Shown here: piece by piece, positions 26,759-36,172 of the stretch
How the letters are laid out: the number at the start of each line of letters is the position of its first letter
Numbering within the stretch: position 1 is the first letter of the stretch
DNA from: an uncultured Gammaproteobacteria bacterium
Lineage (GTDB): Bacteria > Patescibacteriota > Patescibacteriia > UBA11705 > DATKZF01
DNA length: 64,000 nt
Assembly: GCA_964411255.1 (NCBI GenBank)
Contig: CAYPKD010000002.1
Span: forward strand, 162,141 to 226,140
Direction of reading: 5' to 3'
The notes under the pieces: generated by a model
Databases searched by the model: none
What the model saw: the letters and a program-made list of their open reading frames with translations, nothing else
What the model was told of the DNA's origin: nothing
Translations under genes and position numbers: made by a program

Positions 26759-27994
26759 ATGAAAATAAAGCAAATCAAAGCTCGGGAGATTTTAGATTCT
26801 CGGGGAAACCCGACTGTTGAAGCAATAGTAATGTTGTCGAATGGCATTAAAGCCACTGCCTCAGTGCCTTCGGGCGCATCAACTGGCAAGCATGAAGCTT
26901 TAGAATTAAGGGATGGCGGAAAAAGATATGGGGGAAAAGGCGTTATGCGTGCTGTTCGAAACATTGAAAAAGTTATTGCACCAAAATTAAAAGGAATGAA
27001 TGTGATTGAGCAAGAAAAGCTTGACTGGACAATGATTGATCTGGACAATACTGCAAATAAAAAAAAGCTTGGTGCCAATGCAATTTTGGGCGTTTCTTTA
27101 GCTTGCGCCAGGGTAGCTGCGCTAGCTCAGAAAAAACCATTGTATCGCTATCTAAACCAGGCATTTAAGTTTGAAAAAATTTCAAAAATGCCATATGCAA
27201 CCATGAATATTCTAAATGGCGGCAGGCATGCAGATAATGGTTTATCTATCCAAGAGTTCATGATTATTCCAAAAACAAAAAGATTTTCAGAAAGAGTACG
27301 GGCCGGCGCTGAAATTTTTCATGCTTTAAAAAAGATATTAAAAATAAAAAAATTAATTGCCTTAGTAGGGGATGAAGGTGGATATGCTCCAAGAGTTCGT
27401 AATAATGAAGAGGCAATAAAATTAATTATTCATGCAGTAAGAAAAGCTGGCTATAAGCCCGGATTGAATGTTAATTTGGGAATGGATTTGGCAGCTTCAG
27501 AATTTTACAGAGGAAAAAAATATCATCTAGAAAGTAAAGGGATTGGTGCAGATTCAATGATTAAAATTTTAGATTCCTGGATTAAAAAGTATCCCTTTGA
27601 ATTAATGGAAGATCCGCTAAATGAAGATGACTGGGAAAATTGGGCAAAGATTACTGGGTTTTTAGGAAAAAAAGTATCTTTGGTTGGCGATGATTTATTT
27701 GTTACAAATTTTGACCGACTGGATCATGGTATTAACGTTGGTGTTGCAAATTCAATATTAATTAAGCTAAATCAAATCGGTTCAGTAACTGAAACAATGA
27801 ATACAATCAAGCTGGCAAAAGCATATAAATATAAAGTAATCGTTTCTCACCGGTCAGGCGAAACTACTGATGATTTTATTTCTGATTTATCCGTAGCTGT
27901 TCAGGCAAATTATATAAAGACCGGATCTTTGTCTCGCGGTGAACGGGTTTGTAAATATAATCGATTGATGGAAATTGAACAGGAAATTTTATAA
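26759..27994 (+). CDS. eno: Enolase
   Basis: DSRGNPTVE, VPSGASTG, GDEGG, SHRSGET. Confidence 0.98.
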   Translation: MKIKQIKAREILDSRGNPTVEAIVMLSNGIKATASVPSGASTGKHEALELRDGGKRYGGKGVMRAVRNIEKVIAPKLKGMNVIEQEKLDWTMIDLDNTANKKKLGANAILGVSLACARVAALAQKKPLYRYLNQAFKFEKISKMPYATMNILNGGRHADNGLSIQEFMIIPKTKRFSERVRAGAEIFHALKKILKIKKLIALVGDEGGYAPRVRNNEEAIKLIIHAVRKAGYKPGLNVNLGMDLAASEFYRGKKYHLESKGIGADSMIKILDSWIKKYPFELMEDPLNEDDWENWAKITGFLGKKVSLVGDDLFVTNFDRLDHGINVGVANSILIKLNQIGSVTETMNTIKLAKAYKYKVIVSHRSGETTDDFISDLSVAVQANYIKTGSLSRGERVCKYNRLMEIEQEIL

Positions 27995-27996
27995 AT

Positions 27997-29541
27997 ATGT
28001 CCACTAAGAAAAATTTACCATTAATACTTTTAATCCTTGACGGCTGGGGCATTGCTCCCAAAAATAAAGGCAATGCAATAGAATTGGCTAAAAAGCCAAA
28101 TTTTGATTTTTTATTAAAAAAATATTCACATACCAGCTTATTTGCTCATGGCAGGCATGTGGGATTACCAGAAAATCAGGTAGGAAATTCAGAAGCAGGG
28201 CATTTAAATATTGGCGCTGGGCGTGTAGTAAAGCAGGATTCTGTTATTATATCAAAAGCGATTAAGGATGGGACATTTTATAAAAATACTGCTATCTTAG
28301 AACTGATAAAGCATGTAAATAAAAATAAATCAGATTTGCATCTGATGGGCTTAATATCACTTCATAATAGCCCTCACATGAGTTTGGAGCATTTATATGC
28401 TTTAACAAAAATGGCATGTAAACAATGTAAAAATATATATTTGCATCTTTTTACTGACGGACGTGACTCACCGCAATTTGCTGCTGCAGATATTTTAAGA
28501 CAGGTTCAGAAAAAATTACCTGAAAAAGTAAAAATTGTTTCTTTGGTTGGAAGATTTTATGCTATGGATAGAAATAAAAGATGGCAGAGAACCCAAACAG
28601 CTTATGAGCTTTTAATCAGCGGCAAAGGAGAAGTGTTCGAAGATTTTGATAAAGCAGTTTTGCATTCATATAACAAAGAATTAACCGATGAATTTTTGGA
28701 GCCGAGCTTAATTGTACCAAAAGGGAAAAAGCCTGTTTTAATAAAGGACAATGACGGTATTGTGTTTTTTAATTTACGATCTGACCGGGCCAGGCAATTA
28801 ACAAAATGTTTTGTCCAAAAAGATTTTAATAAAATAAATCCAAAGTCATTTAAGAGAAAAAAGAAATTAAAAAATTTAGCTTTTGTCGCATTGACTGATT
28901 TTGGCCCTGATTTAAATAATATTTTAACCGCCTATCCGAGCGTAACAGAAAAAAATACGATGCCAATTCTTTTACAGAATTTAAGGCAGGTGTATATTTC
29001 AGAAACCGAGAAGTATGCCCATGTGACATACTTTATCAATGGCGGTTCTGACAAGCCGGTTAATGGAGAAGATAGAATAAATATAGCTTCTCCTAATGTA
29101 AGAAGCTATGATTTAAAGCCTGAAATGAGTGCTTATAAGATCACTGATAAAATACTGGATTTATTATCAAAGAAAAGCTATGATTATTATGTGGTAAATT
29201 TAGCTAACCCAGATATGGTCGGTCATACAGGCAATCTTGAAGCTGGGATAAAGGCGATTGAGGCTACTGATAAATGTATTGGAGCAATTTATAAAAAGTT
29301 TTTAGCAGCTAAAGGCACTTGTATTATCACAGCTGATCATGGTAATGCAGAAAAAATGCTTGATTTAAAGACTGGTGAAAAATTTACTGAACACACAGTA
29401 AATAAAGTACCGTTTATTTTTGTTAATAGTAAAAATGTTAAATTGCGGTCTAATGGGCGTTTATCTCATATAATGTCAACAGTGCTTGATGTGATAAATC
29501 AAAAAAATCATAAAATTAGATCAAAGTCATTAATAAACTAG
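27997..29541 (+). CDS. gpmI: 2,3-bisphosphoglycerate-independent phosphoglycerate mutase, copy 1
   Basis: LDGWG, GNSEAGH, DGRD, RSDR, ETEKYAH, NPDMVGH, ADHGN. Confidence 0.95.
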   Translation: MSTKKNLPLILLILDGWGIAPKNKGNAIELAKKPNFDFLLKKYSHTSLFAHGRHVGLPENQVGNSEAGHLNIGAGRVVKQDSVIISKAIKDGTFYKNTAILELIKHVNKNKSDLHLMGLISLHNSPHMSLEHLYALTKMACKQCKNIYLHLFTDGRDSPQFAAADILRQVQKKLPEKVKIVSLVGRFYAMDRNKRWQRTQTAYELLISGKGEVFEDFDKAVLHSYNKELTDEFLEPSLIVPKGKKPVLIKDNDGIVFFNLRSDRARQLTKCFVQKDFNKINPKSFKRKKKLKNLAFVALTDFGPDLNNILTAYPSVTEKNTMPILLQNLRQVYISETEKYAHVTYFINGGSDKPVNGEDRINIASPNVRSYDLKPEMSAYKITDKILDLLSKKSYDYYVVNLANPDMVGHTGNLEAGIKAIEATDKCIGAIYKKFLAAKGTCIITADHGNAEKMLDLKTGEKFTEHTVNKVPFIFVNSKNVKLRSNGRLSHIMSTVLDVINQKNHKIRSKSLIN

Positions 29542-29543
29542 TT

Positions 29544-31130
29544 ATGGCTCAACAAGTACCAAAACCTTTAACCCTTATTGTTTTAGACGGCTGGGGAGTG
29601 GCTCCTCCATCTGATGGCAATGCCATTTCATTGGCTAACACTCCAAATATTGACCGGTTTATCGCTAATTATCCGGCAATGACAATTTTAACTTCAGGTG
29701 AATCTGTTGGATTATCTGAAAATGAACCGGGTAATTCAGAGGTTGGACATCTAACAATGGGTATAGGCAGGGTTTTCTATCAAAATTTGCCCAGAGTGAA
29801 CCGTGCAATAAAGAACGGAGATTTTTTTAATAATCAGGCTTTTTTTAAAGCGGTAAATCATGTAAAAGTGAACAAATCTAAACTGCATTTGATAGGGATT
29901 TTAAGCGATGGAAATATTCAAGGGTCAATAGATCATTTATACGCCTTGCTTGAATTGGCCAGACAACAAAAGGTAAGCGAGGTATACATTCATGTTATTT
30001 TGGACGGACTTGACTCTTTAGAAAGTGGTGGAAAAGATTTTATAAATGATTTGGAAAAAAAGATTCATGAAACAGGAGTTGGTGAAATCGCATCAATATC
30101 AGGCAGATTTTTTGCATTAGATAGAGACGGTCATTGGGACAGAACCCAAAAAGCTTTTTATGCAATTGTACACGGACAGGCAGATGAATTTTATGATAAT
30201 CCGGCTGAAGCGATTGAATCTTCTTATAAAAAACAGATTTTTGATCAGGGGTTTCGGCCAGTTGTTATTACCAAAGGCGGTAAGCCAAAAACTACAGTTA
30301 CTGAAAAAGACGCTATAATTTTTTATAATATAAAAGGCGACCGTGCCAGTCAGCTTACAAAATCCTTTGTGCTGGATGAATTTTTAAAATTTGAAAGAGG
30401 ACCTAAAATTGCAAATTTGGTTTTTGTCACTATGACTCAATATGAAAAAGATTTACCAGTGGATGTTGCTTTCCCAAAGCAAATTGTTAAGACTTCATTA
30501 ACAAAAGCAATTAGCGATAACGGCCTTAAGCAGCTTTACATCGCTGAAACTGAAAAATATGCCCATGTTACTTTTTTCTTAAGTGGTAATACTGAGGAGC
30601 CGTTTATTGGCGAGGATAGAGTGGTAATACCGTCTCCTCAGATTGATTCTTATGTGCAAAAGCCAGAAATGAGCGCATTGGAAATTAGTAAACGGCTTGA
30701 AAAGGAAATTCTAAGGGAAGTATATGATTTTATTGTGTGCAATTTAGCCAATGCTGACATGCTTGGCCATACAGGGGATATTGAAGCGACGAAAAAGGCT
30801 ATTGAAACAGTGGATAAAGTAATTGGCACTATTGTGAATTTGGTTTTATCAAAGGATGGTGCGGTAGTATTGGTCGGTGACCATGGTAATGCTGAGGAAA
30901 TGAGAGATTTACAAACAGGAGAAATAAATAAAGAGCATACAAAAAATCCAGTTCCCTTTATAATTATTGGCAAAGAGTGGGAAGGAAAAAACATAGGAGT
31001 ATCTGAAAGCATTGGAAATGACTTAAGCTTGATAAAACCGGTTGGAATTTTAGCAGATGTAGCGCCAACAATATTGAAAATTTTAAATTTACCCGTTCCA
31101 GAGGAAATGACAGGTAAATCATTGATTTAA
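29544..31130 (+). CDS. gpmI: iPGM paralogue, copy 2, with altered substrate-binding motifs
   Basis: Metal and Ser motifs kept; DGLD and KGDR replace DGRD and RxDR. Confidence 0.85.
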   Translation: MAQQVPKPLTLIVLDGWGVAPPSDGNAISLANTPNIDRFIANYPAMTILTSGESVGLSENEPGNSEVGHLTMGIGRVFYQNLPRVNRAIKNGDFFNNQAFFKAVNHVKVNKSKLHLIGILSDGNIQGSIDHLYALLELARQQKVSEVYIHVILDGLDSLESGGKDFINDLEKKIHETGVGEIASISGRFFALDRDGHWDRTQKAFYAIVHGQADEFYDNPAEAIESSYKKQIFDQGFRPVVITKGGKPKTTVTEKDAIIFYNIKGDRASQLTKSFVLDEFLKFERGPKIANLVFVTMTQYEKDLPVDVAFPKQIVKTSLTKAISDNGLKQLYIAETEKYAHVTFFLSGNTEEPFIGEDRVVIPSPQIDSYVQKPEMSALEISKRLEKEILREVYDFIVCNLANADMLGHTGDIEATKKAIETVDKVIGTIVNLVLSKDGAVVLVGDHGNAEEMRDLQTGEINKEHTKNPVPFIIIGKEWEGKNIGVSESIGNDLSLIKPVGILADVAPTILKILNLPVPEEMTGKSLI

Positions 31131-31137
31131 ATATTTT

Positions 31138-31992
31138 ATGCCAGAATTACCAGAAGTTGAAATTTTAAAACGCGACCTTCAAAAAGTTCTGCCTGGTAAA
31201 ATGATTGAAAAGGTAAAAATTATAGATTTTGCAAAAAAGATAGAACCTAAAAATTTAAGCAGTAAATTAAAAGGCAAAAAAATAAAAAAAGTCTGGCGTA
31301 GGCAAAAAATGATAATTTTTGATTTAGATGATAATAATTATTTAGTCACGCATTTGAAAATGACTGGCCAGTATGTGTTTGCGCCCAAAACAGGCAAGCT
31401 AATATTTGGCGGGCATGGGGTGCCTGGAGTTGAAAAAGTTCCAAATAAATTCACTCATGCTATTTTTTATTTAAAAAATGATGGCATACTTTATTTTAGC
31501 GATTTGAGAAAATTCGGCTGGATTAAACTGATAGATAGAAAAGATTTGGAACAAGTTTTTGAAAAATTTGGAATAGAACCATTAACAGGCGAATTTACTT
31601 TGAAGTATTTCAGATCGCTTCTTGCAAAATATCCGAAAAAGCACATTAAATTAATTCTATTAGATCAGTCCAAAATTGCCGGACTTGGAAATATTTATGC
31701 AGCTGAGATTTTATTTGCCTCAAAAGTGAGACCAGACCGTGCAGCTGGAATGTTAAGTGATAAAGAAGCAAAATCTATTTTTAATAATATAAAAAGAATC
31801 CTTGCGGATTCAATAAAAAATAGAAGTACTGCAGAAAACACTTATCCAAATTCAAAAAAAGTTGGAGGATATACAAAAAAGCTGAAAGTTTACAGAAGAG
31901 AAGGGGAAAAGTGTATGCGATGCAATGCAGAGCTTAAAAGAATGAAAAACGGGGGCAGGAGTACAGTTTATTGTCCAATTTGCCAAAAGTAA
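31138..31992 (+). CDS. mutM: Formamidopyrimidine-DNA glycosylase
   Basis: PELPEVE, HLKMTG, GLGNIY, C-terminal zinc finger. Confidence 0.96.
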   Translation: MPELPEVEILKRDLQKVLPGKMIEKVKIIDFAKKIEPKNLSSKLKGKKIKKVWRRQKMIIFDLDDNNYLVTHLKMTGQYVFAPKTGKLIFGGHGVPGVEKVPNKFTHAIFYLKNDGILYFSDLRKFGWIKLIDRKDLEQVFEKFGIEPLTGEFTLKYFRSLLAKYPKKHIKLILLDQSKIAGLGNIYAAEILFASKVRPDRAAGMLSDKEAKSIFNNIKRILADSIKNRSTAENTYPNSKKVGGYTKKLKVYRREGEKCMRCNAELKRMKNGGRSTVYCPICQK

Positions 31993-32424
31993 TTATAAGG
32001 TTTTTATAAAAAAATAAATTAATGGAATGACAATTCCAATTAATGCGCCAATAAAAGCTTCAAGCGGAGTATGACCAAGTCTGGTAGATAAGCTTTTAAA
32101 CTCGGCCTTTTTAGAATCTGGCATCTGATGGACCATTTCATTTAAAACTTTTGCATGTTTGCCTAACGTTCTTCTAAATCCAATAGCATCGCGGATTGTT
32201 AGGATAGCAAATATTAGAGCAATAGAAAAAGCAACAGAAGTCCAGCCTTCGTAATATCCGGCAACAATTGCTAAAGATGTAACAAATGCTGTATGAGATG
32301 ACGGCATACCACCATAACTGTTGATTTCACCCCAAGAAAATTTACCTTTTGCAGCACTTACGATTAATTTAATAATTTGGCATAAAATGCCAGCAATGAT
32401 AGGTAATAAAATAATTTGAATCAT
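31993..32424 (-). CDS. Divergent PAP2 family (DUF212) protein
   Basis: GGMPSSH, DA.G.R, LGHTP.E. Confidence 0.92.
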   Translation of the reverse strand: MIQIILLPIIAGILCQIIKLIVSAAKGKFSWGEINSYGGMPSSHTAFVTSLAIVAGYYEGWTSVAFSIALIFAILTIRDAIGFRRTLGKHAKVLNEMVHQMPDSKKAEFKSLSTRLGHTPLEAFIGALIGIVIPLIYFFIKTL

Positions 32425-32560
32425 ATAACAGGGTCATTAGTCATTGGGCCTAGCTGCCAGTATTGTCATTTGGTCTAAAGTCATAAGTTTAAGTTTACCA
32501 ATTACCAAAGACTAAAAACCAAACTGGCTGCTGATCCTAACGACCTAAGACCATTTAATT

Positions 32561-33370
32561 ATGTATTTGATTTCATTAATACTAGGTATTATACAAGGTA
32601 TAACTGAGTTTTTACCAATTTCAAGCTCTGGGCACTTAATCGTGTTCAGAGAAATTTTGAATTTTGAAATTTCCGATAGTTTAAGTTTTGATATTGCAGT
32701 TCATTTTGGAACATTGCTGGCGGTTATTGTTTTCTTTTATAAGGACGTAGTTCGACTTATTAAAGCCTGGTTTACTAGTTTTACAAATTTGAAAAAGATG
32801 AATTCTGACCAAAAAGTTGCTTGGCAGGTAATTTTAGGAACAATCCCGGCAGCAATTATCGGTGCCTTGTTCAGTGAATGGATTGATAATTATATTAGAA
32901 ATACGCTTGTAGTTATTATAACATTAATTGCTGGTGGAATTCTATTTTTGATTATAGAAAGATTTTATAAAGCAAAACTGGACATGAAAGATTTGAATTG
33001 GAAAACCGCATTTACCATTGGTATTGCTCAGGCAATTGCTTTGATCCCAGGAGTATCAAGATCAGGTATTACCATTATAACAGGAATGGGATTTAAATTA
33101 CATAGGACAGAAGCGGCACGGTTTAGTTTTCTTTTAGGCATACCAGCTATTCTGGGCGCTACAGTTTGGGGAGTTATAAAATTGGATTATTCTGTGATGG
33201 AAAATAGCGACTGGATTATATTCGCAATTGGAATAATAAGTTCAGCTATAGTAGGATTTTTTGCAATTAAATTTTTATTTGCTATACTGAAAAAATATAG
33301 TATGAGGCCATTTGCCTATTATAGGTTTGTATTGGCAATTGTTTTAATAATTTATTTATTTTTGAAATAA
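32561..33370 (+). CDS. uppP: Undecaprenyl-diphosphate phosphatase
   Basis: QGITEFLPISSSGH, PGVSRSG. Confidence 0.96.
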   Translation: MYLISLILGIIQGITEFLPISSSGHLIVFREILNFEISDSLSFDIAVHFGTLLAVIVFFYKDVVRLIKAWFTSFTNLKKMNSDQKVAWQVILGTIPAAIIGALFSEWIDNYIRNTLVVIITLIAGGILFLIIERFYKAKLDMKDLNWKTAFTIGIAQAIALIPGVSRSGITIITGMGFKLHRTEAARFSFLLGIPAILGATVWGVIKLDYSVMENSDWIIFAIGIISSAIVGFFAIKFLFAILKKYSMRPFAYYRFVLAIVLIIYLFLK

Positions 33371-33396
33371 AAAATCCCAGAATATTATCCTGAGAA

Positions 33397-33834
33397 TTAT
33401 GTGGATTTTACTGAAAACTGTGGAAGACTAGAGAGCTTTTGAATAATCCATTTACCAATACGGTATAGCACGATGCCAACTATGAACGGGGAGTGAATCA
33501 CAAATTTCCATGTATTTGCTAGAATCTTGATTGGCCAAAAGAGGATCAATAGTACTGAGTAAGTACCTCTATTTAATGATTCAACGGGGGGTGAGGGAAC
33601 ATCCTCATCATATTCGTGGCAAATATATTTTCCTTCTTTATGATTCATGTAATGGCCCGGGAAGAGAAAATATCCATACCAAACAGGTTTTAGTAATATT
33701 TCATAGCAGTCTTTTTCTACTTTTGAGCCATGCCATACTTTGATACTATATTTGAGAAGAAATCGGCCAATTTGATAATATACTGTTGCAGCACCAATAA
33801 TTACAAGTATGATTTCAATGAAAGATCTTTCCAC
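33397..33834 (-). CDS. Hypothetical membrane protein, divergent paralogue of next two genes
   Basis: Y.QIG, W, WY.Y..FP, WPIK motifs; AGGAGG RBS. Confidence 0.75.
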   Translation of the reverse strand: MERSFIEIILVIIGAATVYYQIGRFLLKYSIKVWHGSKVEKDCYEILLKPVWYGYFLFPGHYMNHKEGKYICHEYDEDVPSPPVESLNRGTYSVLLILFWPIKILANTWKFVIHSPFIVGIVLYRIGKWIIQKLSSLPQFSVKST

Positions 33835-33937
33835 TTTTGCCTCCTTGCTGGGGGTGGGGGAAGAAACATTTCAATATATTACTTAAAAAAATAATTTTTG
33901 TCAAGAAATAAAAAATCCCTGGTTTTGAACCAAGGGA

Positions 33938-34360
33938 TTATGCAGAGTTTATTCTGAAGATTTTTCTTATCGGCAGAGTAAAAAGCTTTCCAATTTGAAT
34001 TATCAATAAAGCAACACCGTAAATGATAGCTATGGGAAGGCCAATACCTATCAGACCAGATGTATTAAACAATACCTTTATTGGCCACGAAAGCATCATC
34101 GCTCGTTTGTATTGTCTTTCATTCATTAGATCTATTGGCACACCAGGAGCAATAGCAATTGAGAATGATATTGGAAATATTAGATAAACATACCAATATT
34201 TTGTAATTTTGCGTTTATAATCAGAGTTGTTAATATTCTTATTGCTGATGACATTATGCCAGGTTTTCCAGCTGATATGCGCAAACAGGTAGCCTATATT
34301 GCAATAAATGAAAAGACTTATAAATATTACCAATACCCAAGTCATAGTTGATAGTTCCAT
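33938..34360 (-). CDS. Hypothetical membrane protein (tandem duplicate)
   Basis: Highly similar to 34465-34923. Confidence 0.85.
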   Translation of the reverse strand: MELSTMTWVLVIFISLFIYCNIGYLFAHISWKTWHNVISNKNINNSDYKRKITKYWYVYLIFPISFSIAIAPGVPIDLMNERQYKRAMMLSWPIKVLFNTSGLIGIGLPIAIIYGVALLIIQIGKLFTLPIRKIFRINSA

Positions 34361-34464
34361 TTATAACCCCCTAATTGTTGTTGTGAAAGGACTAATTATT
34401 ATACTTTACAGGTAATACGAATTTTTGTCAAGAAATAAAAAATCCCTGGTTTTGAACCAAGGGA

Positions 34465-34923
34465 TTATACTGAATTAATTTTGAATAATTTCTTTACAGG
34501 TAGAGTGAAAAGTTTTCCGATTTGGATTGCGAGTAACCCAATGACATAGCCAATAGCTATAGGAATTCCTAATAACCATATTATAGTCCCAATATTTTGA
34601 CAAATGATTATTGTTAATGAAAGAATATTATATATTATTTTCATTGGCCACAAGAACATCATCATTCGCTTGTATTGTTTTTCTTTCATTCCATCTATTG
34701 GCACTTCTTCACCACCGCATTCATAGAATGACATAGGGAATATCAGATAAGCATACCAATATTTCGTGATTTTGCGCTTATTATTAAAGTAGTTAATCTT
34801 CTTGTTGAGGATGATATTGTGCCAGGTTTTCCAGCTAATATGAGCGAGTAGATAGCCAATGTTGCAATAAACAAATACGATGCATATAATTATTAATGTC
34901 CAAGCACTTGCAGATATTTCCAT
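34465..34923 (-). CDS. Hypothetical membrane protein (tandem duplicate)
   Basis: YCNIGYL.AHISWKTWHN, RKITKYWY shared with 33938-34360. Confidence 0.85.
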   Translation of the reverse strand: MEISASAWTLIIICIVFVYCNIGYLLAHISWKTWHNIILNKKINYFNNKRKITKYWYAYLIFPMSFYECGGEEVPIDGMKEKQYKRMMMFLWPMKIIYNILSLTIIICQNIGTIIWLLGIPIAIGYVIGLLAIQIGKLFTLPVKKLFKINSV

Positions 34924-34994
34924 GTTTACCTCCTGCGCTACGGATATGACGAGTGAATTAGATCTTACAAATAATAATAATTTTTGTCAATGTG

Positions 34995-35082
34995 ATAAGC
35001 AAGACAAACGAGACAAGTGAAATATGTAAAAGAATTGGAGACTTGTCTTGCTCGTCTTGCTCGTTTAACTTGTCTTGCTTAT
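34995..35082. repeat. Inverted 9-mer degenerate repeat pair with no enclosed gene
   Basis: Same AAGCAAGAC unit as the flanks of 12063-12461. Confidence 0.8.
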
Positions 35083-35089
35083 AAATAAT

Positions 35090-36172
35090 ATGAAAATAAT
35101 CATCATGGCTGGCGGAGGAGGAACCAGACTTTGGCCGCAAAGCAGAGAATCAAAACCAAAGCAATTTTCCAAAATTATTGGAGATAAAACATTATTTGAA
35201 CAAACATTGGACAGGTTCAAGGATTTTGATATTAAAGACGTTTATATTGCCTTGGGCAGAAAGCATTTGGAAGCGGCAAAAACTTTAGCTCCTCAAATCC
35301 CTGATGAAAATTATATTATTGAACCATGCAAAAGAGATACTGGTCCTGCAATGGCTTATGTCTGCTTGAATTTATTAGAAAAATACGGAGATGAGACCAT
35401 TGCATTTATTCCATCTGATCATTTTATTGGTGATAATGATAAGTTCATGCAAACAATTAGCGTGGCTGATAAATTAATTCAAAATACTGGAAAGCTTTTA
35501 GACATTTCTGTTGCCCCAAACTTTCCAAGCACGGTTTTGGGTTATACAAAAATTGGCGAAAAGTATTTACAGGAAAATGGAACTGAAATATATAAATTTT
35601 TAAGCCATACTGAAAAGCCAGATTTTGAAACTGCAAAAAAATATTTGGAAGATGGCAGCTATCTGTGGCATGCCAGCTATTACATGTGGACACCACGCAA
35701 ATTCATTGAAGCCTTTGAAAAATACGCGCCGCAGATTTTAGATCATGTGAAAAGAATTATCGATGCTAATAAAAATAATGATGACAAAACAATAGAAGAT
35801 ACGTGTGATGTTATGGAAAGTATTTCAATCGACTATGCTGTAACAGAAAAAATAAATTCTGAAGATGTATTAATAATAAAAGCGAACTTCACCTGGAGTG
35901 ATATTGGGGCTTTTGATGTTTTGTATGATGCACAAAAAAGCAAAACAGATGAAGAGAAGAATTTAATACAGGCAAATTGGGTGGGAATAGATTGTTCTGG
36001 ATGTTTGATTAAAGGCGCAGCTGATAAAATGATCGCTACCATTGGAATTGATGATATTGTAATAGTTGATACGGAAAATGCATTGTTGGTTTGCAAAAAA
36101 GGGAGTGCTCAGGAGATAAAAAAGATCATAAATAAATTAAAAGAAGACGAAACCAAAAAGAAATTTCTATGA
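35090..36172 (+). CDS. manC: Mannose-1-phosphate guanylyltransferase
   Basis: MAGGGGTRLWP.SR...PKQF, EP..RDT, PSDH, EKP, SIDYA, WSDIG. Confidence 0.92.
   Translation: MKIIIMAGGGGTRLWPQSRESKPKQFSKIIGDKTLFEQTLDRFKDFDIKDVYIALGRKHLEAAKTLAPQIPDENYIIEPCKRDTGPAMAYVCLNLLEKYGDETIAFIPSDHFIGDNDKFMQTISVADKLIQNTGKLLDISVAPNFPSTVLGYTKIGEKYLQENGTEIYKFLSHTEKPDFETAKKYLEDGSYLWHASYYMWTPRKFIEAFEKYAPQILDHVKRIIDANKNNDDKTIEDTCDVMESISIDYAVTEKINSEDVLIIKANFTWSDIGAFDVLYDAQKSKTDEEKNLIQANWVGIDCSGCLIKGAADKMIATIGIDDIVIVDTENALLVCKKGSAQEIKKIINKLKEDETKKKFL

Noticed and set aside
34958-35140. 60-aa ORF across the 9-mer repeats
   Set aside because: Arises from translating the low-complexity repeat and overlaps manC antisense.
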